Source: Auanema rhodensis
Taxonomy: Eukaryota; Animalia; Nematoda
Length of the DNA: 64,000 nucleotides
Direction: 5' to 3'
NCBI GenBank assembly: GCA_964057225.1
Contig: OZ059900.1
Coordinates: 15,748,001-15,812,000 of the forward strand
The position numbers and the translations under genes are program-made. The notes beneath the pieces were generated by a model that was not told the DNA's origin, searched no databases, and worked only from the letters and a program-made list of their open reading frames with translations. Shown here in pieces: positions 27,401-41,040 of this stretch; within the stretch, counting starts at the first letter, position 1, and every line of letters starts with the position of its first letter.

Positions 27401-30400
27401 TACAACGTCTGTTTCCACTTTCACGACAAAAAAACAGGGGTTAGAAAATTAAGGAAATTAGCATATTCTGAGGGCACGCCCCTTATGGCTAATATTGATT
27501 AAATCGATTTTTGTTCATATGAGTCGTCAAATGCAACGAATTTCAGCGTGTTAAATACTAAAATGAAACATTTTACATGCTGAACAGTAGAAAAATACAA
27601 AAACACAGTATTTCCCATGAGAAATATTTTATTATGCTGGAAAACCAGTTTTTGGAAATTTCGCTGTAAACAAGGTTTTGACTTACGATTTCATGTGTTC
27701 AAACTCATGCAATGTCAATGAAACCTAGCTCAAAATTGTTCCTTCAACGTCTAGTTCCACTTTCACGACAAAAAAACGGGGGTTAGAAAATTAATGAAAT
27801 CAGCATATTCTGAGGGCACGCCCCTTATGGCTAATATTGATTAAATCGATTTTTGTTCATATGAGTCGTCAAATGCAACGAATTTCATCGTGTTACATAC
27901 TGAAATGAAGCATTTTACATGCTGAACACTAGAAAAATACAAAAACACAGTATTTCCCATGAGAAATATTTTATTATGCTGGAAAACCAGTTTTTGGAAA
28001 TTTCGCTGTAAACAAGGTTTTGACTTACGATTTCATGTGTTCAAACTCATGCAATGTCAATGAAACCTAGCTCAAAATTGTTCGTACAACGTCTAGTTCC
28101 ACTTTCACGACAAAAAAACAGGGGTTAGAAAATTAAGGAAATTAGCATATTCTGAGGGCACGCCCCTTATGGCTAATATTGATTAAATCGATTTTTGTTC
28201 ATATGAGTCGTCAAATGCAACGAATTTCAGCGTGTTACATACTAAAATGAAGCATTTTACATGCTGAACACTAGAAAAATACAAAAACACAGTATTTCCC
28301 ATGAGAAATATTTTATTATGCTGGAAAACCAGTTTTTGGAAATTTCGCTGTAAACAAGGTTTTGACATACGATTTCATGTGTTCAAACTCATGCAATGTC
28401 AATGAAACCTAGCTCAAAATTGTTCGTACAACGTCTGGTTCCACTTTCACGACAAAAAAACAGGGGTTAGAAAATTTAGGAAATTAGCATATTCTGAGGG
28501 CACGCCCCTTATGGCTAATATTGATTAAATCGATTTTTGTTCATATGAGTCGTCAAATGCAACGAATTTCAGCGTGTTACATACTAAAATGAAGCATTTT
28601 ACATGCTGAACACTAGAAAAATACAAAAACACAGTATTTCCCATGAGAAATATTTTATTATGCTGGAAAACCAGTTTTTGGAAATTTCGCTGTAAACAAG
28701 GTTTTGACTTACGATTTCATGTGTTCAAACTCATGCAATGTCAATGAAACCTAGCTCAAAATTGTTCCTTCAACGTCTAGTTCCACTTTCACGACAAAAA
28801 AACGGGGGTTAGAAAATTAATGAAATCAGCATATTCTGAGGGCACGCCCCTTATGGCTAATATTGATTAAATCGATTTTTGTTCATATGAGTCGTCAAAT
28901 GCAACGAATTTCATCGTGTTACATACTAAAATGAAGCATTTTACATGCTGAACACTAGAAAAATACAAAAACACAGTATTTCTCATGAGAAATATTTTAT
29001 TATGCTGGAAAACCAGTTTTTGGAAATTTCGCTGTAAACAAGGTTTTGACTTACGATTTCATGTGTTCAAACTCATGCAATGTCAATGAAACCTAGCTCA
29101 AAATTGTTTGTACAACGTCTAGTTCCACTTTCACGACAAAAAAACAGGGGTTAGAAAATTAAGGAAATTAGCATATTCTGAGGGCACGCCCCTTATGGCT
29201 AATATTGATTAAATCGATTTTTGTTCATATGAGTAGTCAAATGCAACGAATTTCAGCGTGTTACATACTGAAATGAAGCATTTTACATGCTGAACACTAG
29301 AAAAATACAAAAACACAGTATTTCCCATGAGAAATATTTTATTATGCTGGAAAACCAGTTTTTGGAATTTTCGCTGTAAACAAGGTTTTGACTTACGATT
29401 TCATGTGTTCAAACTCATGCAATGTCAATGAAACCTAGCTCAAAATTGTTCGTACAACGTCTAGTTCCACTTTCACGACAAAAAAACAGGGGTTAGAAAA
29501 TTAAGGAAATTAGCATATTCTGAGGGCACGCCCCTTATGGCTAATATTGATTAAATCGATTTTTGTTCATATGAGTCGTCAAATGCAACGAATTTCAGCG
29601 TGTTACATACTAAAATGAAGCATTTTACATGCTGAACACTAGAAAAATACAAAAACACAGTATTTCCCATGAGAAATATTTTATTATGCTGGAAAACCAG
29701 TTTTTGGAAATTTCGCTGTAAACAAGGTTTTGACATACGATTTCATGTGTTCAAACTCATGCAATGTCAATGAAACCTAGCTCAAAATTGTTCGTACAAC
29801 GTCTGGTTCCACTTTCACGACAAAAAAACAGGGGTTAGAAAATTTAGGAAATTAGCATATTCTGAGGGCACGCCCCTTATGGCTAATATTGATTAAATCG
29901 ATTTTTGTTCATATGAGTCGTCAAATGCAACGAATTTCAGCGTGTTACATACTAAAATGAAGCATTTTACATGCTGAACACTAGAAAAATACAAAAACAC
30001 AGTATTTCCCATGAGAAATATTTTATTATGCTGGAAAACCAGTTTTTGGAAATTTCGCTGTAAACAAGGTTTTGACATACGATTTCATGTGTTCAAACTC
30101 ATGCAATGTCAATGAAACCTAGCTCAAAATTGTTCGTACAACGTCTGGTTCCACTTTCACGACAAAAAAACAGGGGTTAGAAAATTTAGGAAATTAGCAT
30201 ATTCTGAGGGCACGCCCCTTATGGCTAATATTGATTAAATCGATTTTTGTTCATATGAGTCGTCAAATGCAACGAATTTCAGCGTGTTACATACTAAAAT
30301 GAAGTATTTTACATGCTGAACACTAGAAAAATACAAAAACACAGTATTTCCCATGAGAAATATTTTATTATGCTGGAAAACCAGTTTTTGGAAATTTCGC

Positions 30401-30637
30401 TGTAAACAAGGTTTTGACTTACGATTTCATGTGTTCAAACTCATGCAATGTCAATGAAACCTAGCTCAAAATTGTTTGTACAACGTCTAGTTCCACTTTC
30501 ACGACAAAAAAACAGGGGTTAGAAAATTAAGGAAATTAGCATATTCTGAGGGCACGCCCCTTATGGCTAATATTGATTAAATCGATTTTTGTTCATATGA
30601 GTAGTCAAATGCAACGAATTTCAGCGTGTTACATACT
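15431..30637. repeat. 22-monomer (7,524-bp) higher-order tandem duplication, 2 copies
   Basis: Rare variants recur at exactly +7524: 16537/24061 (GCCTC), 17084/24608 (TTATGA), 18578/26102 (TCTAAG), 19480/27004 (ACGCTT), 19785/27309 (GTTATT), 20030/27554, 22781/30305, and ORFs 20659/28183, 22027/29551, 22369/29893. Confidence 0.93.
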
Positions 30638-31806
30638 GAAATGAAGCATTTTACATGCTGAACACTAGAAAAATACAAAAACACAGTATTTCCCATGAGA
30701 AATATTTTATTATGCTGGAAAACCAGTTTTTGGAATTTTCGCTGTAAACAAGGTTTTGACTTACGATTTCATGTGTTCAAACTCATGCAATGTCAATGAA
30801 ACCTAGCTCAAAATTGTTCGTACAACGTCTAGTTCCACTTTCACGACAAAAAAACAGGGGTTAGAAAATTAAGGAAATTAGCATATTCTGAGGGCACGCC
30901 CCTTATGGCTAATATTGATTAAATCGATTTTTGTTCATATGAGTCGTCAAATGCAACGAATTTCAGCGTGTTACATACTAAAATGAAGCATTTTACATGC
31001 TGAACACTAGAAAAATACAAAAACACAGTATTTCCCATGAGAAATATTTTATTATGCTGGAAAACCAGTTTTTGGAAATTTCGCTGTAAACAAGGTTTTG
31101 ACATACGATTTCATGTGTTCAAACTCATGCAATGTCAATGAAACCTAGCTCAAAATTGTTCGTACAACGTCTGGTTCCACTTTCACGACAAAAAAACAGG
31201 GGTTAGAAAATTTAGGAAATTAGCATATTCTGAGGGCACGCCCCTTATGGCTAATATTGATTAAATCGATTTTTGTTCATATGAGTCGTCAAATGCAACG
31301 AATTTCAGCGTGTTACATACTAAAATGAAGCATTTTACATGCTGAACACTAGAAAAATACAAAAACACAGTATTTCCCATGAGAAATATTTTATTATGCT
31401 GGAAAACCAGTTTTTGGAAATTTCGCTGTAAACAAGGTTTTGACATACGATTTCATGTGTTCAAACTCATGCAATGTCAATGAAACCTAGCTCAAAATTG
31501 TTCGTACAACGTCTGGTTCCACTTTCACGACAAAAAAACAGGGGTTAGAAAATTTAGGAAATTAGCATATTCTGAGGGCACGCCCCTTATGGCTAATATT
31601 GATTAAATCGATTTTTGTTCATATGAGTCGTCAAATGCAACGAATTTCAGCGTGTTACATACTAAAATGAAGTATTTTACATGCTGAACACTAGAAAAAT
31701 ACAAAAACACAGTATTTCCCATGAGAAATATTTTATTATGCTGGAAAACCAGTTTTTGGAATTTTCGCTGTAAACAAGGTTTTGACTTACGATTTCATGT
31801 GTTCAA
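29071..31806. repeat. 4-monomer (1,368-bp) tandem duplication at the end of the second 22-mer
   Basis: The ORF-bearing monomers 29551/30919 and 29893/31261 are offset by 1368. The TTTGTAC+GAGTAG+ACTGAA+GGAATTTT monomer recurs at 29071 and 30439. GAAGTAT recurs at 30305 and 31673. Confidence 0.9.
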
Positions 31807-32490
31807 ACTCATGCAATGTCAATGAAACCTAGCTCAAAATTGTTCGTACAACGTCTAGTTCCACTTTCACGACAAAAAAACAGGGGTTAGAAAATTAAGG
31901 AAATTAGCATATTCTGAGGGCACGCCCCTTATGGCTAATATTGATTAAATCGATTTTTGTTCATATGAGTCGTCAAATGCAACGAATTTCAGCGTGTTAC
32001 ATACTAAAATGAAGCATTTTACATGCTGAACACTAGAAAAATACAAAAACACAGTATTTCCCATGAGAAATATTTTATTATGCTGGAAAACCAGTTTTTG
32101 GAATTTTCGCTGTAAACAAGGTTTTGACTTACGATTTCATGTGTTCAAACTCATGCAATGTCAATGAAACCTAGCTCAAAATTGTTCGTACAACGTCTAG
32201 TTCCACTTTCACGACAAAAAAACAGGGGTTAGAAAATTAAGGAAATTAGCATATTCTGAGGGCACGCCCCTTATGGCTAATATTGATTAAATCGATTTTT
32301 GTTCATATGAGTCGTCAAATGCAACGAATTTCAGCGTGTTACATACTAAAATGAAGCATTTTACATGCTGAACACTAGAAAAATACAAAAACACAGTATT
32401 TCCAATGAGAAATATTTTATTATGCTGGAAAACCAGGTTTTGGAAATTTCGCTGTAAACAAGTTTTTGACTTACGATTTCATGTGTTCAA

Positions 32491-35400
32491 ACTCATGCAA
32501 TGTCAATGAAACCTAGCTCAAAATTGTTCCTACAACGTCTAGTTCCACTTTCACGACAAAAAAACAGGGGTTAGAAAATTAAGGAAATTAGCATATTCTG
32601 AGGGCACGCCTCTTATGGCTAATATTGATTAAATCGATTTTTGTTCATATGAGTCGTCAAATGCAACGAATTTCAGCGTGTTACATACTAAAATGAAGCA
32701 TTTTACATGCTGAACACTATAAAAATACAAAAACACAGTATTTCCCATGAGAAATATTTTATTATGCTGGAAAACCAGTTTTTGGAAATTTCGCTGTAAA
32801 CAAGGTTTTGACTTACGATTTCATGTGTTCAAACTCATGCAATGTCAATGAAACCTAGCTCAAAATTGTTCCTATAACGTCTAGTTCCACTTTCACGACA
32901 AAAAACAGGGGTTAGAAAATTAAGGAAATTAGCATATTCTGAGGGCACGCCTCTTATGGCTAATATTGATTAAATCGATTTTTGTTCATATGAGTCGTCA
33001 AATGCAACGAATTTCAGCGTGTTACATACTAAAATGAAGCATTTTACATGCTGAACACTATAAAAATACAAAAACACAGTATTTCCCATGAGAAATATTT
33101 TATTATGCTGGAAAACCAGTTTTTGGAAATTTCGCTGTAAACAAGGTTTTGACTTACGATTTCATGTGTTCAAACTCATGCAATGTCAATGAAACCTAGC
33201 TCAAAATTGTTCCTACAACGTCTAGTTCCACTTTCACGACAAAAAAAACAGGGGTTAGAAAATTAAGGAAATTAGCATATTCTGAGGGCACGCCCCTTAT
33301 GGCTAATATTGATTAAATCGATTTTTGTTCATATGAGTCGTCAAATGCAACGAATTTCAGCGTGTTACATACTAAAATGAAGCATTTTACATGCTGAACA
33401 CTAGAAAAATACAAAAACACAGTATTTCCCATGAGAAATATTTTATTATGCTGGAAAACCAGGTTTTGGAAATTTCGCTGTAAACAAGGTTTTGACTTAC
33501 GATTTCATGTGTTCAAACTCATGCAATGTCAATGAAACCTAGCTCAAAATTGTTCGTACAACGTCTAGTTCCACTTTCACGACAAAAAAACAGGGGTTAG
33601 AAAATTTAGGAAATTAGCATATTCTGAGGGCACGCCCCTTATGGCTAATATTGATTAAATCGATTTTTGTTCATATGAGTCGTCAAATGCAACGAATTTC
33701 AGCGTGTTACATACTAAAATGAAGCATTTCACATGCTGAACACTAGAAAAATACAAAAACACAGTATTTCCCATGAGAAATATTTTATTATGCTGGAAAA
33801 CCAGTTTTTGGAAATTTCGCTGTAAACAAGTTTTTGACTTACGATTTCATGTGTTCAAACTCATGCAATGTCAATGAAACCTAGCTCAAAATTGTTCCTA
33901 CAACGTCTAGTTCCACTTTCACGACAAAAAAACAGGGGTTAGAAAATTAAGGAAATTAGCATATTCTGAGGGCACGCCTCTTATGGCTAATATTGATTAA
34001 ATCGATTTTTGTTCATATGAGTCGTCAAATGCAACGAATTTCAGCGTGTTACATACTAAAATGAAGCATTTTACATGCTGAACACTATAAAAATACAAAA
34101 ACACAGTATTTCCCATGAGAAATATTTTATTATGCTGGAAAACCAGTTTTTGGAAATTTCGCTGTAAACAAGGTTTTGACTTACGATTTCATGTGTTCAA
34201 ACTCATGCAATGTCAATGAAACCTAGCTCAAAATTGTTCCTACAACGTCTAGTTCCACTTTCACGACAAAAAACAGGGGTTAGAAAATTAAGGAAATTAG
34301 CATATTCTGAGGGCACGCCCCTTATGGCTTATATTGATTAAATCGATTTTTGTTCATATGAGTCGTCAAATGCAACGAATTTCAGCGTGTTACATACTAT
34401 AATGGAGTATTTTACATGCTGAACACTAGAAAAATACAAAAACACAGTATTTCCCATGAGAAATATTTTATTATGCTGGAAAACCAGTTTTTGGAAATTT
34501 CGCTGTAAACAAGGTTTTGACTTACGATTTCATGTGTTCAAACTCATGCAATGTCAATGAAACCTAGCTCAAAATTGTTCCTACAACGTCTAATTCCACT
34601 TTCACGACAAAAAAACAGGGGTTAGAAAATTAAGGAAATTAGCATATTCTGAGGGCACGCCCCTTATGGCTAATATTGATTAAATCGATTTTTGTTCATA
34701 TGAGTCGTCAAATGCAACGAATTTCAGCGTGTTACATACTAAAATGAAGCATTTTACATGCTGAACACTAGAAAAATACAAAAACACAGTATTTCCCATG
34801 AGAAATATTTTATTATGCTGGAAAACCAGTTTTTGGAATTTTCGCTGTAAACAAGGTTTTGACTTACGATTTCATGTGTTCAAACTCATGCAATGTCAAT
34901 GAAACCTAGCTCAAAATTGTTCGTACAACGTCTAGTTCCACTTTCACGACAAAAAAACAGGGGTTAGAAAATTAAGGAAATTAGCATATTCTGAGGGCAC
35001 GCCCCTTATGGCTAATATTGATTAAATCGATTTTTGTTCATATGAGTCGTCAAATGCAACGAATTTCAGCGTGTTACATACTAAAATGAAGCATTTTACA
35101 TGCTGAACACTAGAAAAATACAAAAACACAGTATTTCCCATGAGAAATATTTTATTATGCTGGAAAACCAGGTTTTGGAAATTTCGCTGTAAACAAGGTT
35201 TTGACTTACGATTTCATGTGTTCAAACTCATGCAATGTCAATGAAACCTAGCTCAAAATTGTTCGTACAACGTCTAGTTCCACTTTCACGACAAAAAAAC
35301 AGGGGTTAGAAAATTTAGGAAATTAGCATATTCTGAGGGCACGCCCCTTATGGCTAATATTGATTAAATCGATTTTTGTTCATATGAGTCGTCAAATGCA

Positions 35401-37961
35401 ACGAATTTCAGCGTGTTACATACTAAAATGAAGCATTTCACATGCTGAACACTAGAAAAATACAAAAACACAGTATTTCCCATGAGAAATATTTTATTAT
35501 GCTGGAAAACCAGTTTTTGGAAATTTCGCTGTAAACAAGTTTTTGACTTACGATTTCATGTGTTCAAACTCATGCAATGTCAATGAAACCTAGCTCAAAA
35601 TTGTTCCTACAACGTCTAGTTCCACTTTCACGACAAAAAAACAGGGGTTAGAAAATTAAGGAAATTAGCATATTCTGAGGGCACGCCTCTTATGGCTAAT
35701 ATTGATTAAATCGATTTTTGTTCATATGAGTCGTCAAATGCAACGAATTTCAGCGTGTTACATACTAAAATGAAGCATTTTACATGCTGAACACTATAAA
35801 AATACAAAAACACAGTATTTCCCATGAGAAATATTTTATTATGCTGGAAAACCAGTTTTTGGAAATTTCGCTGTAAACAAGGTTTTGACTTACGATTTCA
35901 TGTGTTCAAACTCATGCAATGTCAATGAAACCTAGCTCAAAATTGTTCCTACAACGTCTAGTTCCACTTTCACGACAAAAAACAGGGGTTAGAAAATTAA
36001 GGAAATTAGCATATTCTGAGGGCACGCCTCTTATGGCTAATATTGATTAAATCGATTTTTGTTCATATGAGTCGTCAAATGCAACGAATTTCAGCGTGTT
36101 ACATACTAAAATGAAGCATTTTACATGCTGAACACTATAAAAATACAAAAACACAGTATTTCCCATGAGAAATATTTTATTATGCTGGAAAACCAGTTTT
36201 TGGAAATTTCGCTGTAAACAAGGTTTTGACTTACGATTTCATGTGTTCAAACTCATGCAATGTCAATGAAACCTAGCTCAAAATTGTTCCTACAACGTCT
36301 AGTTCCACTTCCACGACAAAAAAAACAGGGGTTAGAAAATTAAGGAAATTAGCATATTCTGAGGGCACGCCCCTTATGGCTAATATTGATTAAATCGATT
36401 TTTGTTCATATGAGTCGTCAAATGCAACGAATTTCAGCGTGTTACATACTAAAATGAAGCATTTTACATGCTGAACACTAGAAAAATACAAAAACACAGT
36501 ATTTCCCATGAGAAATATTTTATTATGCTGGAAAACCAGGTTTTGGAAATTTCGCTGTAAACAAGGTTTTGACTTACGATTTCATGTGTTCAAACTCATG
36601 CAATGTCAATGAAACCTAGCTCAAAATTGTTCGTACAACGTCTAGTTCCACTTTCACGACAAAAAAACAGGGGTTAGAAAATTTAGGAAATTAGCATATT
36701 CTGAGGGCACGCCCCTTATGGCTAATATTGATTAAATCGATTTTTGTTCATATGAGTCGTCAAATGCAACGAATTTCAGCGTGTTACATACTAAAATGAA
36801 GCATTTCACATGCTGAACACTAGAAAAATACAAAAACACAGTATTTCCCATGAGAAATATTTTATTATGCTGGAAAACCAGTTTTTGGAAATTTCGCTGT
36901 AAACAAGTTTTTGACTTACGATTTCATGTGTTCAAACTCATGCAATGTCAATGAAACCTAGCTCAAAATTGTTCCTACAACGTCTAGTTCCACTTTCACG
37001 ACAAAAAAACAGGGGTTAGAAAATTAAGGAAATTAGCATATTCTGAGGGCACGCCTCTTATGGCTAATATTGATTAAATCGATTTTTGTTCATATGAGTC
37101 GTCAAATGCAACGAATTTCAGCGTGTTACATACTAAAATGAAGCATTTTACATGCTGAACACTATAAAAATACAAAAACACAGTATTTCCCATGAGAAAT
37201 ATTTTATTATGCTGGAAAACCAGTTTTTGGAAATTTCGCTGTAAACAAGGTTTTGACTTACGATTTCATGTGTTCAAACTCATGCAATGTCAATGAAACC
37301 TAGCTCAAAATTGTTCCTACAACGTCTAGTTCCACTTTCACGACAAAAAACAGGGGTTAGAAAATTAAGGAAATTAGCATATTCTGAGGGCACGCCTCTT
37401 ATGGCTAATATTGATTAAATCGATTTTTGTTCATATGAGTCGTCAAATGCAACGAATTTCAGCGTGTTACATACTAAAATGAAGCATTTTACATGCTGAA
37501 CACTATAAAAATACAAAAACACAGTATTTCCCATGAGAAATATTTTATTATGCTGGAAAACCAGTTTTTGGAAATTTCGCTGTAAACAAGGTTTTGACTT
37601 ACGATTTCATGTGTTCAAACTCATGCAATGTCAATGAAACCTAGCTCAAAATTGTTCCTACAACGTCTAGTTCCACTTTCACGACAAAAAAAACAGGGGT
37701 TAGAAAATTAAGGAAATTAGCATATTCTGAGGGCACGCCCCTTATGGCTAATATTGATTAAATCGATTTTTGTTCATATGAGTCGTCAAATGCAACGAAT
37801 TTCAGCGTGTTACATACTAAAATGAAGCATTTTACATGCTGAACACTAGAAAAATACAAAAACACAGTATTTCCCATGAGAAATATTTTATTATGCTGGA
37901 AAACCAGTTTTTGGAAATTTCGCTGTAAACAAGGTTTTGACTTACGATTTCATGTGTTCAA
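32491..37961. repeat. 4-mer HOR domain (342+341+343+342 = 1,368 bp) with paired A6/A8 tracts
   Basis: The repeating order is [GCCTC+CTAT], [A6+GCCTC+CTAT], [A8+CCAGG], [TTCG+TTTAGG+CAAGTTT]. CAAGTTT lies at 32463/33831 and 35540/36908, each pair 1368 apart. The pattern is interrupted at about 34.2-35.2 kb. Confidence 0.85.
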
Positions 37962-40900
37962 ACTCATGCAATGTCAATGAAACCTAGCTCAAAATTGTTC
38001 CTACAACGTCTAGTTCCACTTTCACGACAAAAAAACAGGGGTTAGAAAATTAAGGAAATTAGCATATTCTGAGGGCACGCCTCTTATGGCTAATATTGAT
38101 TAAATCGATTTTTGTTCATATGAGTCGTCAAATGCAATTAATTTCAGCGTGTCACATACTAAAATGAAGCATTTTACATGCTGAACACTAGAAAAATACA
38201 AAAACACAGTATTTCCCATGAGAAATATTTTATTATGCTGGAAAACCAGTTTTTGGAAATTTCGCTGTAAACAAGGTTTTGACTTACGATTTCATGTGTT
38301 CAAACTCATGCAATGTCAATGAAACCTAGCTCAAAATTGTTCCTACAACGTCTAGTTCCACTTTCACGACAAAAAAACAGGGGTTAGAAAATTAAGGAAA
38401 TTAGCATATTCTGAGGGCACGCCCCTTATGGCTAATATTGATTAAATCGATTTTTGTTCATATGAGTCGTCAAATGCAACGAATTTCAGCGTGTTACATA
38501 CTAAAATGAAGCATTTCACATGCTGAACACTAGAAAAATACAAAAACACAGTATTTCCCATGAGAAATATTTTATTATGCTGGAAAACCAGTTTTTGGAA
38601 ATTTCGCTGTAAACAAGGTTTTGACTTACGATTTCATGTGTTCAAACTCATGCAATGTCAATGAAACCTAGCTCAAAATTGTTCGTACAACGTCTAGTTC
38701 CACTTTCACGACAAAAAAACAGGGGTTAGAAAATTGAGGAAATTAGCATAATCTGAGGGCACGCCCCTTATGGCTAATATTGATTAAATCGATTTTTGTT
38801 CATATGAGTCGTCAAATGCAATTAATTTCAGCGTGTCACATACTAAAATGAAGCATTTTACATGCTGAACACTAAAAAAATACAAAAACACAGTATTTCC
38901 CATGAGAAATATTTTATTATGCTGGAAAACGAGTTTTTGGAAATTTCGCTGTAAACAAGGTTTTGACTTACGATTTCATGTGTTCAAACTCATGCAATGT
39001 CAATGAAATCTAGCTCAAAATTGTTCCTACAACGTCTAGTTCCACTTTCACGACAAAAAAACAGGGGTTAGAAAATTAAGGAAATTAGCAGATTCTGAGG
39101 GCACGCCCTTTATGGCTTATATTGATTAAATCGATTTTTGTTCATATGAGTCGTCAAATGCAACGAATTTCAGCGTGTTACATACTAAAATGAAACATTT
39201 TACATGCTGAACACTATAAAAATACAAAAACACAGTATTTCCCATGAGAAATATTTTATTATGCTGGAAAACCAGTTTTTGGAAATTTCGCTGTAAACAA
39301 GGTTTTGACTTACGATTTCATGTGTTCAAACTCATGCAATGTCAATGAAACCTAGCTCAAAATTGTTCCTACAACGTCTAGTTCCACTTTCACGACAAAA
39401 AAAACAGGGGTTAGAAAATTAAGGAAATTAGCATATTCTGAGGGCACGCCCCTTATGGCTAATATTGATTAAATCGATTTTTGTTCATATGAGTCGTCAA
39501 ATGCAACGAATTTCAGCGTGTTACATACTAAAATGAAGCATTTTACATGCTGAACACTAGAAAAATACAAAAACACAGTATTTCCCATGAGAAATATTTT
39601 AGTATGCTGGAAAACCAGTTTTTGGAAATTTCGCTGTAAACAAGGTTTTGACTTACGATTTCATGTGTTCAAACTCATGCAATGTCAATGAAACCTAGCT
39701 CAAAATTGTTCCTACAACGTCTAGTTCCACTTTCACGACAAAAAAACAGGGGTTAGAAAATTAAGGAAATTAGCATATTCTGAGGGCACGCAGCTTATGG
39801 CTAATATTGATTAAATCGATTTTTGTTCATATGAGTCGTCAAATGCAACGAATTTCAGCGTGTTACATACTAAAATGAAGCATTTCACATGCTGAACACT
39901 AGAAAAATACAAAAACACAGTATTTCCCATGAGAAATATTTTATTATGCTGGAAAACCAGTTTTTGGAAATTTCGCTGTAAACAAGTTTTTGACTTACGA
40001 TTTCATGTGTTCAAACTCATGCAATGTCAATGAAACCTAGCTCAAAATTGTTCCTACAACGTCTAGTTCCACTTTCACGACAAAAAAACAGGGGTTAGAA
40101 AATTAAGGAAATTAGCATATTCTGAGGGCACGCCTCTTATGGCTAATATTGATTAAATCGATTTTTGTTCATATGAGTCGTCAAATGCAACGAATTTCAG
40201 CGTGTTACATACTAAAATGAAGCATTTTACATGCTGAACACTAGAAAAATACAAAAACACAGTATTTCCCATGAGAAATATTTTATTATGCTGGAAAACC
40301 AGTTTTTGGAAATTTCGCTGTAAACAAGGTTTTGACTTACGATTTCATGTGTTCAAACTCATGCAATGTCAATGAAACCTAGCTCAAAATTGTTCGTACA
40401 ACGTCTAGTTCCACTTTCACGACAAAAAAACAGGGGTTAGAAAATTAAGGAAATTAGCATATTCTGAGGGCACGCCCCTTATGGCTAATATTGATTAAAT
40501 CGATTTTTGTTCATATGAGTCGTCAAATGCAACAAATTTCAGCGTGTTACATACTAAAATGAAGCATTTTACAAGCTGAACACTAGAAAAATACAAAAAC
40601 ACAGTTTTTCCCATGAGAAATATTTTATTATGCTGGAAAACCAGTTTTTGGAAATTTCGCTGTAAACAAGGTTTTGACTTACGATTTCATGTGTTCAAAC
40701 TCATGCAATGTCAATGAAACCTAGCTCAAAATTGTTCGTACAACGTCTAGTTCCACTTTCACGACAAAAAAACAGGGGTTAGAAAATTTAGGAAATTAGC
40801 ATATTCTGAGGGCACGCCCCTTATGGCTAATATTGATTAAATCGATTTTTGTTCATATGAGTCGTCAAAAGCAACGAATTTCAGCGTGTTACATACTAAA

Positions 40901-41040
40901 ATGAAGTATTTTACATGCTGAACACTATAAAAATACAAAAACACAGTATTTCCCATGAGAAATATTTTATTATGCTGGAAAACCAGTTTTTGGAAATTTC
41001 GCTGTAAACAAGGTTTTGACTTACGATTTCATGTGTTCAA

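Noticed and set aside
20659-31446. Eight identical 61-aa ORFs as real genes
   Set aside because: They lie wholly inside satellite monomers and depend on one SNP for the ATG. The other monomers (about 180) lack it, many carry stops or deletions in that frame, and the peptide has no recognisable motif.
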